Source: the human T2T-CHM13v2.0 reference genome, Homo sapiens. Taken from it: a DNA stretch of 64,000 nt. Below the pieces are notes generated by a model. The model searched no databases. It was not told the DNA's origin and worked only from the letters and a program-made list of their open reading frames with translations. Shown here piece by piece: positions 1 to 12,613 of this stretch. The position numbers and the translations under genes were made by a program. The stretch lies in the NCBI RefSeq assembly GCF_009914755.1, contig NC_060932.1; one strand, given 5' to 3'. Positions within the stretch are counted from its first letter, which is position 1, and every line of letters begins with the position of its first letter.

Positions 1-1270
1 GGGCTGTCTGCAGAGGCAGGGGCCAGTGGGAAATGTTACAGGGTCATGCTGGAGGGGGTTATGTGTGGAACAGGTTGTTGTGCCAATGGAATGAGGTGGT
101 TGTACCTGTAGGTTGTTTGCAATTAGCCTTCTCTCAGAGCAATTGTTCATTTTTCTCCCCAATCTAGGACCCTCCCTGACCTGGGCTTCCCTCCTCATAG
201 TTGCTTACTCATCAGGACTCCATGTGTGTATAATACACATATCTATAAAGTCTGATATAATGAGAGAGATTAATGACAATTATTCACAATAATTTTGGTT
301 GTATTAATTTCTCCTTATATTTTGCTATGTATATAGAATTCTTGATTCAACACATTTTGTCTGTAAACCATATATATGTTCCACTAATGTTTCTGAATTT
401 TTGATATTTAGTTCTGATATCAAATGTCAGTCTCACTCCCTTTACTCAGTGGCCTTTGGGCTCTGATACTAGGTCAGTCCCCTGGAACTCTGGTTCCCTC
501 AGCAGCGTGGGAAACAGCTCTGCTATATGCTCATCACATAGGAGCTGTAGCTAACCAGCAGTATCCAGAATCAGAAGACTCATCACTGTCTCTGCCCAAT
601 CATTCCTTAATCACCCAGATAACCCAGTTGTTTGCATTCTTCCTTACTCTCTGCCAGTCCCCGGTTAATGTTCTCAGGCTCCCTCTTACCTCTCGATGTT
701 TCTAAAAACTCATTATTTCTTTAGCGTAGCAACAGCAAGAAATCTGGTATTTCATTTCTTTGCTATTTCATCCCTGCCCTGGTCATACTTCCTCCCCATC
801 CCACTGTCAGAAAGAAGTTGGTTTCAGGCTTTCCCCTTCCTCTCTGTGATATTTTACTTCTACCTTGGACTTTATTGCTTTAATGTCTTTGGTAGAAAGA
901 GCCACACATGGTGAAATAATCTCTATGATCTGAGTCATTATTTGTGTCCTTTATATGTTAATGCAAGATAGATGGCTTTAGAAAGGACTTTAGTTTTATT
1001 TTCAAGACTTAATATTTCTTCAAAATTTTATTTTGGTTTTCTACAGAAGCATATTTACATTGAAGCTAATGAAAATTGAGCTTCACAGTCTGTTCACATG
1101 ATCATATGTTTTTGTGGGTTTTTTTTTTGTTTTTTTGCAAAAGTGCATTATTTTTGTATTATTTTTATTAAAGAGAGATAATGTTATATAAGTGTCAGAT
1201 TCCACAAAATCTGGATATATCCTTGGATAAGTTAAATGGTTGTTTTTTCCTTCCCTCCCTTCCTTCCTTT

Positions 1271-1899
1271 TGAAATAGTTTAGGGTCATTGGTCATGTTT
1301 TCTGGGGTGTTATCTGAGCTTGTGGTCTCATGACCGAGAATATTAAGGAGCATAGACACGGACGCCAGAGTGAGGTTAGAGCAAAAGTTTAATAAGCAAA
1401 AGAAGACAGCTCTCCATAGCAGAGGGATCCTGGACAAGTTGACATTTTACAGTGGAATGCCAACTTTTATAAGAAACTCCTCTCATCTCTGTAGCTGTTT
1501 GAGTAACTTTTCTTATGTGAAAAGCTGTCTGTACAACTCTCCCCATCTTTACAGCTGTGGGATGTCTCTAGGTAAGCACAAGCATAGCTTTTCTTGTTTA
1601 TATAATTGTGGGTTTGTTTTAGGTCAGTTCCCCTCCCCTTCCTGTGCAAGCTACTATGAAGCCTGCCATAGTCATGTCTGAAAAAGGGAGGAACATTTTG
1701 CCTGGGAGCCCACTAATCACAAAAAGAACAAAAGGCTTCTATGCGGGACCTTGGCTGCCTGGCCTACTTATCTGTACAGCTGCAGCCTGAGTTTTCTTCA
1801 GGCTGCTGTATTTTTGCCTGTAGCTGTGATTTTTCAGAGCTGCTTCTCCAACTAGCCATAGTTGTCTGCCTAACTGATTTTTCCTTTTCTTCTCCCTCA
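1271..1899 (-). repeat. 3' LTR of the provirus (ERV1 LTR; MER84/LTR29-like from memory, unconfirmed)
   Basis: On minus it starts TGAGGGAGAAG and ends ...ATTTCA. It aligns along its length with 11977-12613. TATAAAA at 1465-1471 and ATTAAA at 1388-1393 (minus). Confidence 0.93.
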
Positions 1900-1913
1900 T
1901 TACCCCCCACTTC
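1900..1913 (-). promoter_or_regulatory. Polypurine tract (plus-strand priming site)
   Basis: Minus strand GAAGTGGGGGGTAA immediately precedes the TG of the 3' LTR. Confidence 0.8.
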
Positions 1914-2385
1914 AGGATAAGAGACCCTAACTGCTGTTAGGAAGGTCAGGCAATGGTATTTCTAGATACTTCCTGATGGAGAGGGGTGTTGTGTCGAGAA
2001 CACCAGCTAGGGTTTCTTCTGGGCCTGGTTCAAAGGTCCTTGGAAGAATGGCATGTCCATGTGGGGTTCCATTTGCAGCACTACTTGGAGTTTAATAGCC
2101 TCTAGGTGAGAGGAAACAATTCCGGTTATAGCATTGAGTATACAGGGTCCAAACTTAACACAAGACATACAAGAAAAAGAGGTCCCAGTAAAGGAGAGCT
2201 AACTAGGTCTAAAAAGAAGACTGGAATCTTTCAAGAAGGGATTGTAGCTACCTGGGACTGAAGCCTGCTCTTTCTCTTAATGTGTCAATGATTCTAATTT
2301 GATTCTTAAGCACCTGTAAGTTTTATTCCAATTGGCTAGAGGTGTTGATCCAAAAGGAACATGCTTCATTTAAGAGTACACAGGT

Positions 2386-3018
<633 letters not shown>

Positions 3019-4838
3019 TCATCTATTTTGCATTACCACTGCGGCTAGAGAGTTTATGGATTGTTGTTGTGCCTCTTTGGCTCCTACTGATGTCTTCCAC
3101 CCTTGTTGCATCATAATAGAGATATTAAGTACTGATCTCTCAAAAAGAGAAATACCAGCAAATCAAAATAGGCCTCTGGCTATAGCATGTCCCATTCCTG
3201 GTTTTTCCAGTATAGGATTGTTGTGTGCATGTCCTCCCCAGTCCTCTCTCTCAGTTAGATCTCCATACCATGTTATGGAAGTAATAGACCTCTGTGTTTA
3301 GTGTACCTGAGATAGGGTACTTTCTAGAAAGGAGCACAGATTATGAATTCCATCAGATGATGTTGCCATGTCAGTGGAGTTTAAAAATAATAGGTCGGGG
3401 ACCACTGCCACTATAGTGCATGTTCCCCTCCAATGCCTAGGGAGAATTAGGTGTAACCAGGAACCACAGAGAAAATAAAGCCCTGTCCCTTGAAGGGAGG
3501 ATTCTAGGTTGTGATGTGTAAGAGATGCAGCTAGTCTTTGCATCCGCTTCATAAAGAGGTTCCCCTTATATCTAATGGGAGCATCTTTGATATAGGGATA
3601 AAAATACAAAGTATAGTCATTTATGGTGCCATTTGGGACTCTACACACTAGGTGGGAAGGATCCTGCTGACAGATGGAGCTTTGGAAGATAATATGTCCT
3701 GACCAGTATCTCAGTTGATTCTTAATGCAGGCGCTCTCAGTCCAGACATCTCCTTTTCGCCCACTAGTGTGTAGGTTATTACTAGTATCAAATATCTTAC
3801 AGGGGTCTGGGATTCCCTGAGGTGGCATATTTGGAAAGGACCGTGTGTTATTTGCTATTCTGATGTAATACTGGTAAGAGGAGTTACGCAGGGGCTGCCG
3901 CTCAAATTTAGAATCACAGTTAGGAGGCGTGGATGGGTTTTTTAAGTTTTTCAACATTTTATCTCACGTGTTAGATTAGCTTTCTCCTTTTTTTACCCTC
4001 CAGACCTCCTCACTTTTAGAGATTGTAAGTGTAATGTTGCAGTATTTGAGATTTCCCGGGTATGGCACTTTTCCTCTGCTTTCAAAGCAGAGGGAGGCAT
4101 CTGCTATCATTCTATCAACTTCACCTAGTCTAAGGATGTGTCTTATCCCCAGGGGATGTGTGTTCCTGGGTAGAATTAAAAGTGCTCCCATATCAAGTTC
4201 CATTTATACCTGACAAGTTCTTGATGGTTAAGGGCAAAGCTATCAAAGGGAACCCCAGGACTATGAGTTAAGGATCATCAAGAAGCCTCCCAGTTTCAGT
4301 GTTATTAAACTGAGCAAATTGTTCAGGGAAAACCCAGCAATTAGTCTTGCTGTATAGATGAGCAATGGCTGGTACTGTTCGGGTCAAAGACTAAAAAGCA
4401 TTCCTGCCTCTAACAGTGAATGCTACTAAGCTTGACAGAAACAAATTTGCCTCTTATCTGTTACTGCCATCCCTGCAATGAAGATAATAACTAAGCAAAA
4501 TATTACAGAAGTGAGACTGTCTGTCTGCTTTTCCACTCAGGAGGTGCCACAGGGTGTAACCCTACTGCAAAAGCAAAGTAAGCAAAATAATTCCTGCAAG
4601 TATGGTGTAGTTAATGATTTCCATCTGAGTTTCTATTTGTCAAAATATTGGATTTTCCTCTGGGGGGGTCTATGGAGTTATGAATTTGGTCCCATGGATA
4701 ATCAAAGTCCCCCTATAAATTTGCATCAAAAAGAAGCTGCAATACCTGACAGCAGATCTCAAAAGGAAAAGTGGAAATAACTGAAAGAATCTGGTAGGGT
4801 AAAGGTGGGATTGAGTTAGATGGGTAGTCCTCACTCAT

Positions 4839-7800
4839 TTACTTATCTTTTCTAATTTTCAGTGTAAGGTGCCTGACTTCTTCACATTGGTACCTGGGAT
4901 GCTCTTCTGGGATGTCAGGGGCTGCTTTCTCTGCTTTCCAGGCTTTGACTTGAGTGTGATAAATCCAAGAGTTGATACCTGCAACCTTAACCTTTGAGAG
5001 AGTAGAGAGGAGGACAGTGTAAGGTCTTTGCAAATCGGGGTCTAGAGAAGGGGAAAGAGAGGGAAGAGTCTTCACTAACACCAAGTCTTCTGGGTTAAAT
5101 AAGGGCAGTCCTATTTCTTGGGGGTTCAGCTTCCAATGGTTGTTTTCATTCCTATTGGAAGTGGGCAAGGAGGTTATATATTTAGCTAATTCAGAAGTTT
5201 CCTTGTCAAATAGAAAATCATTGGTAAGAAAAGGCCAACCACACATTATTTCAAAAGGGCTTAAATCCAATTTGGAGGCAGTGCTTCTCACCTGTAGTAA
5301 AGCCACGGGACGAAGAGTAACCCAAGGGAGGTGAGTTTCTTGAGAGAGCTTCCTCAGGTACCTCTTAATGACATCATTTGTTTTTTCTATTTTTCATAAA
5401 GACTGTGGTCTCGAGGCACAATGTAGATGGTATTATATGCCCAGTGCTTTTGGGTAACAGACATCTTAAATGAGGGGTCCAATGTCACTTTGGAGGTACT
5501 TCAGGAGTCCAAAACAAGAAGTTATCTCATTAATTAGTACTCTTACCACCTCAGAGGACTTTTCTATTTGACATGGAAATGCCTCCACCCAGTTAATCAA
5601 GATGTCTATCTATACTAAAAGATATGGAATGCCCCTTACTTTTGGCACATGGGTGAAGTCTATCCTCCAGTCTTCTGCCAGATAACTTCCTATCCTTTGA
5701 ATTTGGTGGGGAAGGAGCTGCCTGTTGAGGGGATTATTTTTAAGGCAAGTTTCACAAGCATTAACAAGCTGACCATTTTTAGTAGGTTTTCCCCCCAAAA
5801 CAATCTTTGGGTGCATTGATAAGTCTTATCCCCACCTAGGTGAAAGGTTTGGTGAAGGAGTTTAAGAACTTTTCACTGACTAGAGGCTGGCAAGTGGACT
5901 TTACTGTGCTCTGAGTGTAACCATCCCGAGGGCTGAAAAGTGTATCCTTGAGATGTGGCTTATTCTATTTCTGCAGAAGAATACTGAGGTCTTACTTCTC
6001 TTATGGAGCCCTCCCAGATTACAGGGGTCTCAAATGTGTCAGATCTCCTGGGTCTTTTTGCTGCTGATTTGGCTGCTTGATCTGCTAGTCTATTTCCCTC
6101 AGTTATGTCATCCACACCCTTCTCATGTACTCTGCAATGCATTACTGCCACTTCCTACAGAAGGAAAATTGAGGATGAAGTCTGCCTATTTCCTGATGAA
6201 TTTAATGGAAGATCCATTAACAGTGAGGAGGTGTCTTTCCTTCCAGATATCAGCATGGACATGGAGAACCAGGAAAGCATAGTTAGAATCAGTATAAATG
6301 TTAACTGCCTTTCCTTTGCTTTATTTGAGCATCCTTCTGAGAGCAACTAGCTCAGCTAGTTGAGCACTGATGCCCAGTGAGAGATGTGCACTCTCAATAA
6401 TGACATTCAGGGTGACTACTGAATACCCTGCCTTATGGGTTTCTTGTTCTGTGAAGGAACTTCCATCTGTGAAGACAGTCCAATCTGGATTTTCTAGGGG
6501 AGTTTCTCTGAGATCCTCCCTGGCTTCATAGGTTTGTACTACTATCTGTTCACAATCATGTTCAGGTTCTCTGGTTTCCTCTGAGAGGAAAGTGCAGGGT
6601 TTAGGCAAGGGCACATTTTTAACTGAACTGCAGATCCTCTAGCAGCAAGGTTTGATATTTGAGGAGGTGATTGTTTGTTAGCCAGAGACTCCCTTTAGAG
6701 GATAGCAGTCCTGCTGTATTATGTGGAGTATAAAGAGTTAAATTATTCTCCATGGTTAACTTGGTGGCCTCTGGCACCAGAAGAGCCACTGTGGCACCTT
6801 TAGCCACCAAATCAAGCCCCTTACTTAGGTAACTGACAGACTGCTGGGATGGACCTTGGGCCTGAGTTAAAACTCCCAAGGCTATTTCTTTCCTTCTGAG
6901 ACATAAGGATTGAATGCCTTTCCTATGGGAAGACTAAGGGCCAGTGCTTTAAGTAAGGCTTGCTTTAGCTAGTTAAAGGATTTTTGGGCCTCAGATTCCC
7001 AGGTTAAGAGAGTGAGTTTTAGCACCTGAGTGTCTTTTATAGGGTGATACAAAGGGTGAGCAATTTCACCATACCTGGGTATCCACAATCTGCAAAGGCC
7101 TGTAGTACCCAAAAATATTCTTAGCTGTTTGAGGATTTGGGAAAGGGGAAAGGAGGTAATGGGCTTAATCTTCTCTTTGCCCAATGTTCTAGTTCCCTCT
7201 GACAGGAGTAAACCTAGGTACTTCACTGAGGTTTGACAAAGCTGAGCCTTAAATTTTGAAACCTTATATCCTCTCTTAGCTAGGAAATTAAGAAGAGCTT
7301 CAGTGCCTTCCTGAGAAGCCTTCTCAGATGAGGTACAGTGGAGAATATCATCAGCATTGTAAAATTTTAATGTGAGGATGAGACAACTAAGAGAGATCTC
7401 TCAAAATTGCCTGCCCAAACAAGTGAGGGCTGTCTCAGAATCCTTGAGGCAGCACTGTCCAGGTTAGTTGGGCAGTCTGGCCAGAGGGATCTTTGAAGGC
7501 AAACAGGTATTGAGAGTCAGGGTGCAACTAAATGTAGAAGAAGGTATTCTTTAGGTCTAAAACCATGAAACATTTAGATCCCTCAGATACTTGGGTTAGC
7601 AGAGTATAGAGATTAATAATCACCCAATTAATTCGAACCACAGCCTCATTAATGAGATGTAGGTCCTGAACTAGCTTACATTCCCCACTGGGTTTCTGCA
7701 CTCCTAATATTGGATGTTGCAGGGGCTGTTGCAGGGCCTAAGGAGGCCTTGTGCTTTTAAGTTATCCATGATGATATCTAGTCCTTTTTCAGCTTCTGGC

Positions 7801-7960
7801 TGTAGGGGTTATTGTTTCTGCTTAGGAAAAGAAGTGGAATCCTTAAGGTGAATCTGGACTGGTATAGCGATTGTTCAGCCAATCTTTCCCTGAATTACCC
7901 ATACCTGTAAGTTAATATTGGTTTCCACTAAGAGGAGATAAAGAGTTTGTTCTGAAGCCA
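4839..7960 (-). pseudogene. pol: pol pseudogene (RT-RNase H-integrase) with many stops and frameshifts; 5' boundary approximate
   Basis: QLTWTVLPQGF*DSPHLFGQ near 7410-7470. Decayed YxDD (TTACAA-TGCTGATGATATT) near 7345-7362. KYLGL (7226). RNase H ENPDWTVFTDGSSF (ORF 6321-6614). Integrase WRIDFTHVP (5610-5816). C-terminal domain 4839-5306 ends KIRKDK*. Confidence 0.95.
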
Positions 7961-8282
7961 TTAGGATGGCAGCTCACATATGGGCTAGAATATCCCTGCC
8001 TAGCAAAGGAGTGAGACTTTCAGGCATAATTAAAAAGGCATGGATAAAAGCAGGTTCCTCCAACTACAGCTGAGGGTCTGAGAAAAATTTCAAGTTAAGG
8101 GCTTCCCTGAGATGTCCATCACAGTCATGCTAGGGGAGGAGGGAATGCCTGGATTGGAGAGGAGAACCAAAAGACTGGCTCCAGTGTCCAGAAGGAAGTC
8201 TACTTTCTTGCCTTCCACCTCCAGAATCACCCAGGGCTCCTGGATAGTGAGGGCAGTTTGAGCTTCTGGAGTCAAGGATCTT
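7961..8282 (-). pseudogene. pro: pro (aspartic protease) pseudogene; its first few codons (8797-8816) are separated by a MER9 insertion
   Basis: QEPWVILEVEGKKVDFLLDTGAS active-site motif. Downstream TPLLGRDIL motif near 7985-8015. Confidence 0.92.
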
Positions 8283-8796
8283 TGCCAAGACCAGCTCGGC
8301 TGGGGAGACCCTAACCCAGCAGCACTAGAGGAATTAAAGACACACACACAGAAATATAGAGGTGTGGAGTGGGAAATCAGGGGTCTCACAGCCTTTAGAG
8401 CTGAGAGCCTTGAACAGAGATTTACCCACGTATTTATTAACAGCAAGCCAGTGATAAGCATTGTTTCTATAGATTATAGATTAACTAAAAATATTCCTTA
8501 TGGGAAACAAAGGGATGGGCTGAAATAAAGGGATGAGTTTGGCTAGTAATCTGCAGCAGGAGCATGTCCTTAAGGCACAGATCGCTCATGCTATTGTTTG
8601 TGGTTTAAGAACGCCTTTAAGTGGTTTTCCACCCTGGGTGGACCAGGTGTTCTTTGCCTTCATTCTGGTAAACCCACAACCTTCCAGCATGGGCATCATG
8701 GCCATCACGAACATGTCACAGTGCTGCAGAGATTTTTGTTTATGGCCAGTTTTGTGGCCAATTTATGGCCAGATTTTGGGGGACCTGTTCCCAACA
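8283..8796 (-). mobile_element. MER9 solo LTR (HERV-K(HML-3)) inserted into the provirus
   Basis: On minus it starts TGTTGGGAACAGGTCCCCCAAAATCTGGCCATAAA and ends GCCGAGCTGGTCTTGGCA; 514 bp. 6-bp TSD GATCTT (8277-8282) / GATCTA (8797-8802). Confidence 0.9.
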
Positions 8797-8816
8797 GATC
8801 TAAGTCCCAGGATCCA

Positions 8817-10357
8817 TCAGTCCTGCTGGACCATCTGTGAGACTGGCCTTGGACTTGGTGATTTATGCCTCCAGGGACAGTCCAACCTCCAGTGGTCCCC
8901 ACCACAAGCTAGATAGGGTCAAGGTGGCTTCTTTTTGTTGCCTGGGCACTCCCTTTTGAAATGTCCTGGCTTACCACACTGGTAACAATTTGCAGGCGTA
9001 CCCTGGGGATCCTGGAGTTTATAGGCCTGTAAAGCAAGCACTAGTGCCTGTGTCTCTCTCTTGTACTTCCTCTCTTTTTCCTGGGCCTCTTCCTGGTCCC
9101 TGTTGTAAAAGACCAAGGTGGCCATGCTCAGGAGATTTTTCTGAGGTGCTACTCAGTCCTATAGCCTGCTTCCATAGCTTCCTTCTGATATCAGGGGTTG
9201 TCTGATTAGTAAACTTGTTTTTTAATATTAACTGCCCCTCAATTGAATCAGGAGATAGAGAGATCTGTTTCAGTAAAGCTTCCCTCAGACTTTCCATAAA
9301 GGCCAAGGAATTTTCATCTGGTTTTTGATCTATCATAGATAGCTTAGAGTAGTTAAGCGATTTGGCCCTGATCCTTTATAAGCATTCCAGTATGCACATT
9401 AGAAAGTGTTTTCTTTCCCACTCATGTGTAGGATCACTGGGGTTCCAATTAGTATTCTTAAGGGGTACTGCCTCACTCCCTGTTGGAAATGGAGTTTCTT
9501 GTTCCTGTTATTGTTCTCTAATCCCCCTTCCAGTTTCTTCCAAGTTCTTTAGTTCCCCTTCTTGGATGAGGAGGTTTTCTTTGGCTATAGGAGACATGTT
9601 GTTTATCCCAACTTTTCTGCTGCCTGTAAGGTTACCTGTTTCTCCACAGCAGTCAGGGTTTGGATTAGAAGAACATAACATCTCTCCATGTATGATCAAA
9701 TACTTGGGTTACTTTTGGAAAGCCTCTATATATCAGGGTCATCAGAGAACCTTCCCAGGTCTCCCTTTATTTGCCTAAGTTCTTGTAGTAAAAAGGGAAC
9801 TTGAACCATAGTGGCATCATATCCACTGGGCATTTCTTGCAGGCATAATAGTGAAGTCAAGGGAGTTGGAGGCTTTGGAGTGGATGGTGCTGGAATGGCC
9901 GATGATATAGCTGGAGGGGGCCCAAGATAAGGGGTGGGGGGTTTGAGGGGCTGAGGCACTCAGAAGTTTTCTTTGATGGTTTTCCAGGAATTAGTTTCTC
10001 TGATTTTGGGGAATCATCCACTATGTGCCTGCCTGATATGACTGCTTAAAGAGCTGGATCAATTGTGCAATGCTTACAAAGATTTGGGTTGTGTCGCAGG
10101 ACAAAGAAAGCCAGTACATAGGGAACTTTGAATCATTTGCCCTCCTGTCTGCAGACAAAATCTAATTGTTGGATAGTATTAAAATTAACACTTCCCTCAA
10201 GAGGCCAGGCCTGTCTGCCCTGCAGTTGGTAATAAGGCCACGCTCTTGTACAAAAGAATATGAGCCACTTTTTCTTCAGGGTCTGATGATAAAAGCAATC
10301 CCAGTGTCTCTGGCTGTACTTGAGAGGAGTGCAGGCTGAGGATGGTTTTTTACCCAT
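8817..10357 (-). pseudogene. gag: gag pseudogene
   Basis: MA start [12 protein letters not shown]...[15 protein letters not shown]...[16 protein letters not shown]. Proline-rich p12-like region. CA VQVPFLLQELRQIKGDLGRFSDDPD. MHR-like QKPDENSLAFMESLREAL. NC CYQCGKPGHFKREC. Ends QQD-TGA at 8817-8819. Confidence 0.95.
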
Positions 10358-11935
10358 CTAGAAAGAGAAAAGAGAAGGCATTCCTTAGTCTCTTTCCTTT
10401 CTTTTGGAGTGACCCAGCATGGAGAAAAAGACAGAAGGGGTGTCCCCCCTCTCCCCTTCTCTCTTTGGTTGTCTGGGTCCTGGTAACCTTTGTAGATGCT
10501 GCCCATGAATGCAAGTGTGACCTTTTTTTCATGGATCCCGAGGAGCTAGTTAGCAGGAATAGTCAGGCTTATCTGCTGAAGTCCCTAGCTCTCTGCTGGT
10601 GCTTCCCCTTTAACTCCCTTGCGTGACTGGTATGGATCCCAGGTCTCCCAGGTATATGGATCCTGGGAAAAAACTGTATAATAGTTGTACTTGGGCAAAG
10701 CCCCCTAATGGAGGGAATGTTCTAGCTCTAAATACCTATATTCAGGTATTTTGGCCCAGACTAAAGTACTCATTCCTAAACAATGGGTCCGATTGGCTTC
10801 CAAACATAAAACCCCTCTTTCTTTTAGATGCCATTGCAATTGGATGCAGAATGGATGCCTTAAAAGAATGTAGGAATTGAATGGCTGTCTTCCTTCAGAT
10901 GGAGACAGCGTGGAGGCTAAAATCTGCCTTTCAAGGGCAATTTCCACCACACTGTCAAAGACATAGTTTCTCCATTCACAGATAAGACATGGAGCCAGAT
11001 GTCTGATAGAAAGGTGCAGATGAGAGAAGAGTTGGGAAATTATAGATTTTGGACAAAGGACTAATAAGTCTCCCCAGGGAAAAATCCCATCTGACTAGTT
11101 GGTATGACAGAGATTGGAACACTAAAAAGTAGCTCTGACTCCAATTACTCTCCAGACAAAGGTTAGAAAGGGAAGTTTGGGGCTGTCCCCACAACATGCC
11201 TCCCCACAAGAAAAAAATAATCCATCTCATAGAGAGACTGTCTAGTTATGCTGCACAGTGCTGGCTTCTCACATGGAAAAAGAGACAGCTTAATTAATAT
11301 TCCCCCCATCCAACCCCATTGAGGGCTATCATTGAGAGATAAATAGGTCTTTAGATCCAAGTCTTGGAATCTCCCTGTTTCAAGAAAATCACAGAGACAG
11401 CAATTCCTTGAAATACATTCTTGATTACTAAGGCCCCAGCTGACTTTACCCAACAGGATTATATGCCCAGGTTGTAAAAACACTTGCAATATTGCATTCA
11501 AAGAAGGAATAGGAGACATGATAGCCGCAAAACGAAAGGAAGAAAATGCAACAGAAAACTCTGGAAGTCCTGGTGCCAATACCCAGCAGGCTGTCAGGGA
11601 CTGGAGTTAGTCCAAGGGCCTCCAGGTTACACCGAAGTGTAGCCTTGGCCAAAAACCTTTGGTTGCCTGAGGACCTCCTTCCAGCCCCATGCAATGGCTA
11701 GGTCCTCCACAAAAGGGAACTTGATTGGAACACAGCCAACATTCCCAACAACCAAGGGTGAGCAGGGTTGATAAAGTCCTCTCAAGAAAGCCTGTCCCCT
11801 GAGTCTTGTAAGACTGGAAGTTACCCTATTGGCTTTTAACTGACTGATGGGCCAGTGTGTTTTTTTCACTCTTGAGAGAACAAAACTGAGAACGAGAAGC
11901 CTCAGAAATAAAAGTCAAGAGTTAAGAGTTTGCTC

Positions 11936-11944
11936 CTACTCACT
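11936..11944 (-). promoter_or_regulatory. Candidate major splice donor of the provirus
   Basis: Minus strand AGA|GTGAGT about 10 nt downstream of the PBS. Confidence 0.5.
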
Positions 11945-11954
11945 CTTTCGATGG

Positions 11955-11972
11955 ATCCCAGGCAAGCCCACA
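11955..11972 (-). promoter_or_regulatory. Primer-binding site, tRNA-Pro type (decayed)
   Basis: Minus strand TGTGGGCTTGCCTGGGAT matches the canonical Pro PBS TGGGGGCTCGTCCGGGAT at 14/18 (two mismatches are CpG transitions). It lies 4 nt after the 5' LTR. Confidence 0.78.
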
Positions 11973-11976
11973 CTAA

Positions 11977-12613
11977 TAAAACAGTATAGGGTCACTGATT
12001 ACGTTGTCTGGGATGTTATTCAAGCTTGTGGTCTCATGACTAAGAAAATTAAGAAGTGTAGACATGAACACAAGGGTGAGGTTAGAACAAAAGTTTAATA
12101 AGCAAAAGAAGAAAGCTCTCCACAGCAGAGAGGGGTCCTGGACGGGTTGCCATTTTACAGTTGAATGCTAAAGCTTTTATGAGAAACTTCTCTCATCTCT
12201 GTTGCTGTTTGAGTAACTTCTCTTATCTGAAAAGCTGTCTGTACAACTCCCCCTATCTATGCAACTGTGGGACATTCCTAGGTAGGCACAAAGCATAGCT
12301 TCTCTTGTTTATATAATTGTGGGTTTGCTTTAGGTAAGTCCCCCCCTTCCCTCCCTGTGCAAGCTCCCATGAAACCCACCATGTTAATGTCTGAAAAGGG
12401 GAGGGAATGTTTTCCTGGGAGCCCACTAATTACACAAAGAACAAAAGGCTTCTATGCTGGACCTTGCCTGCCTGGCCTGCTTATCTGTACATCTGCAGTC
12501 TGAGTTTTCCTCAGGCTGCTCTATTTTTGCCTGTAGCTGTGATTTTTCAGGCAGGCTGCTTCTCTGAGGACTAGCCTTAGTTGTCTACCGAACTGGTTTT
12601 TTCTTCTACCTCA
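11977..12613 (-). repeat. 5' LTR of the provirus
   Basis: On minus it starts TGAGGTAGAAG. Homologous to 1271-1899 (roughly 15-20% diverged by eye). ATTAAA at 12094-12099. The TATA position reads CATAAAA. Confidence 0.93.

Noticed and set aside
1-225. Possible old LTR fragment at the window start
   Set aside because: Composition is suggestive, but it is truncated by the window and I cannot assign a family.
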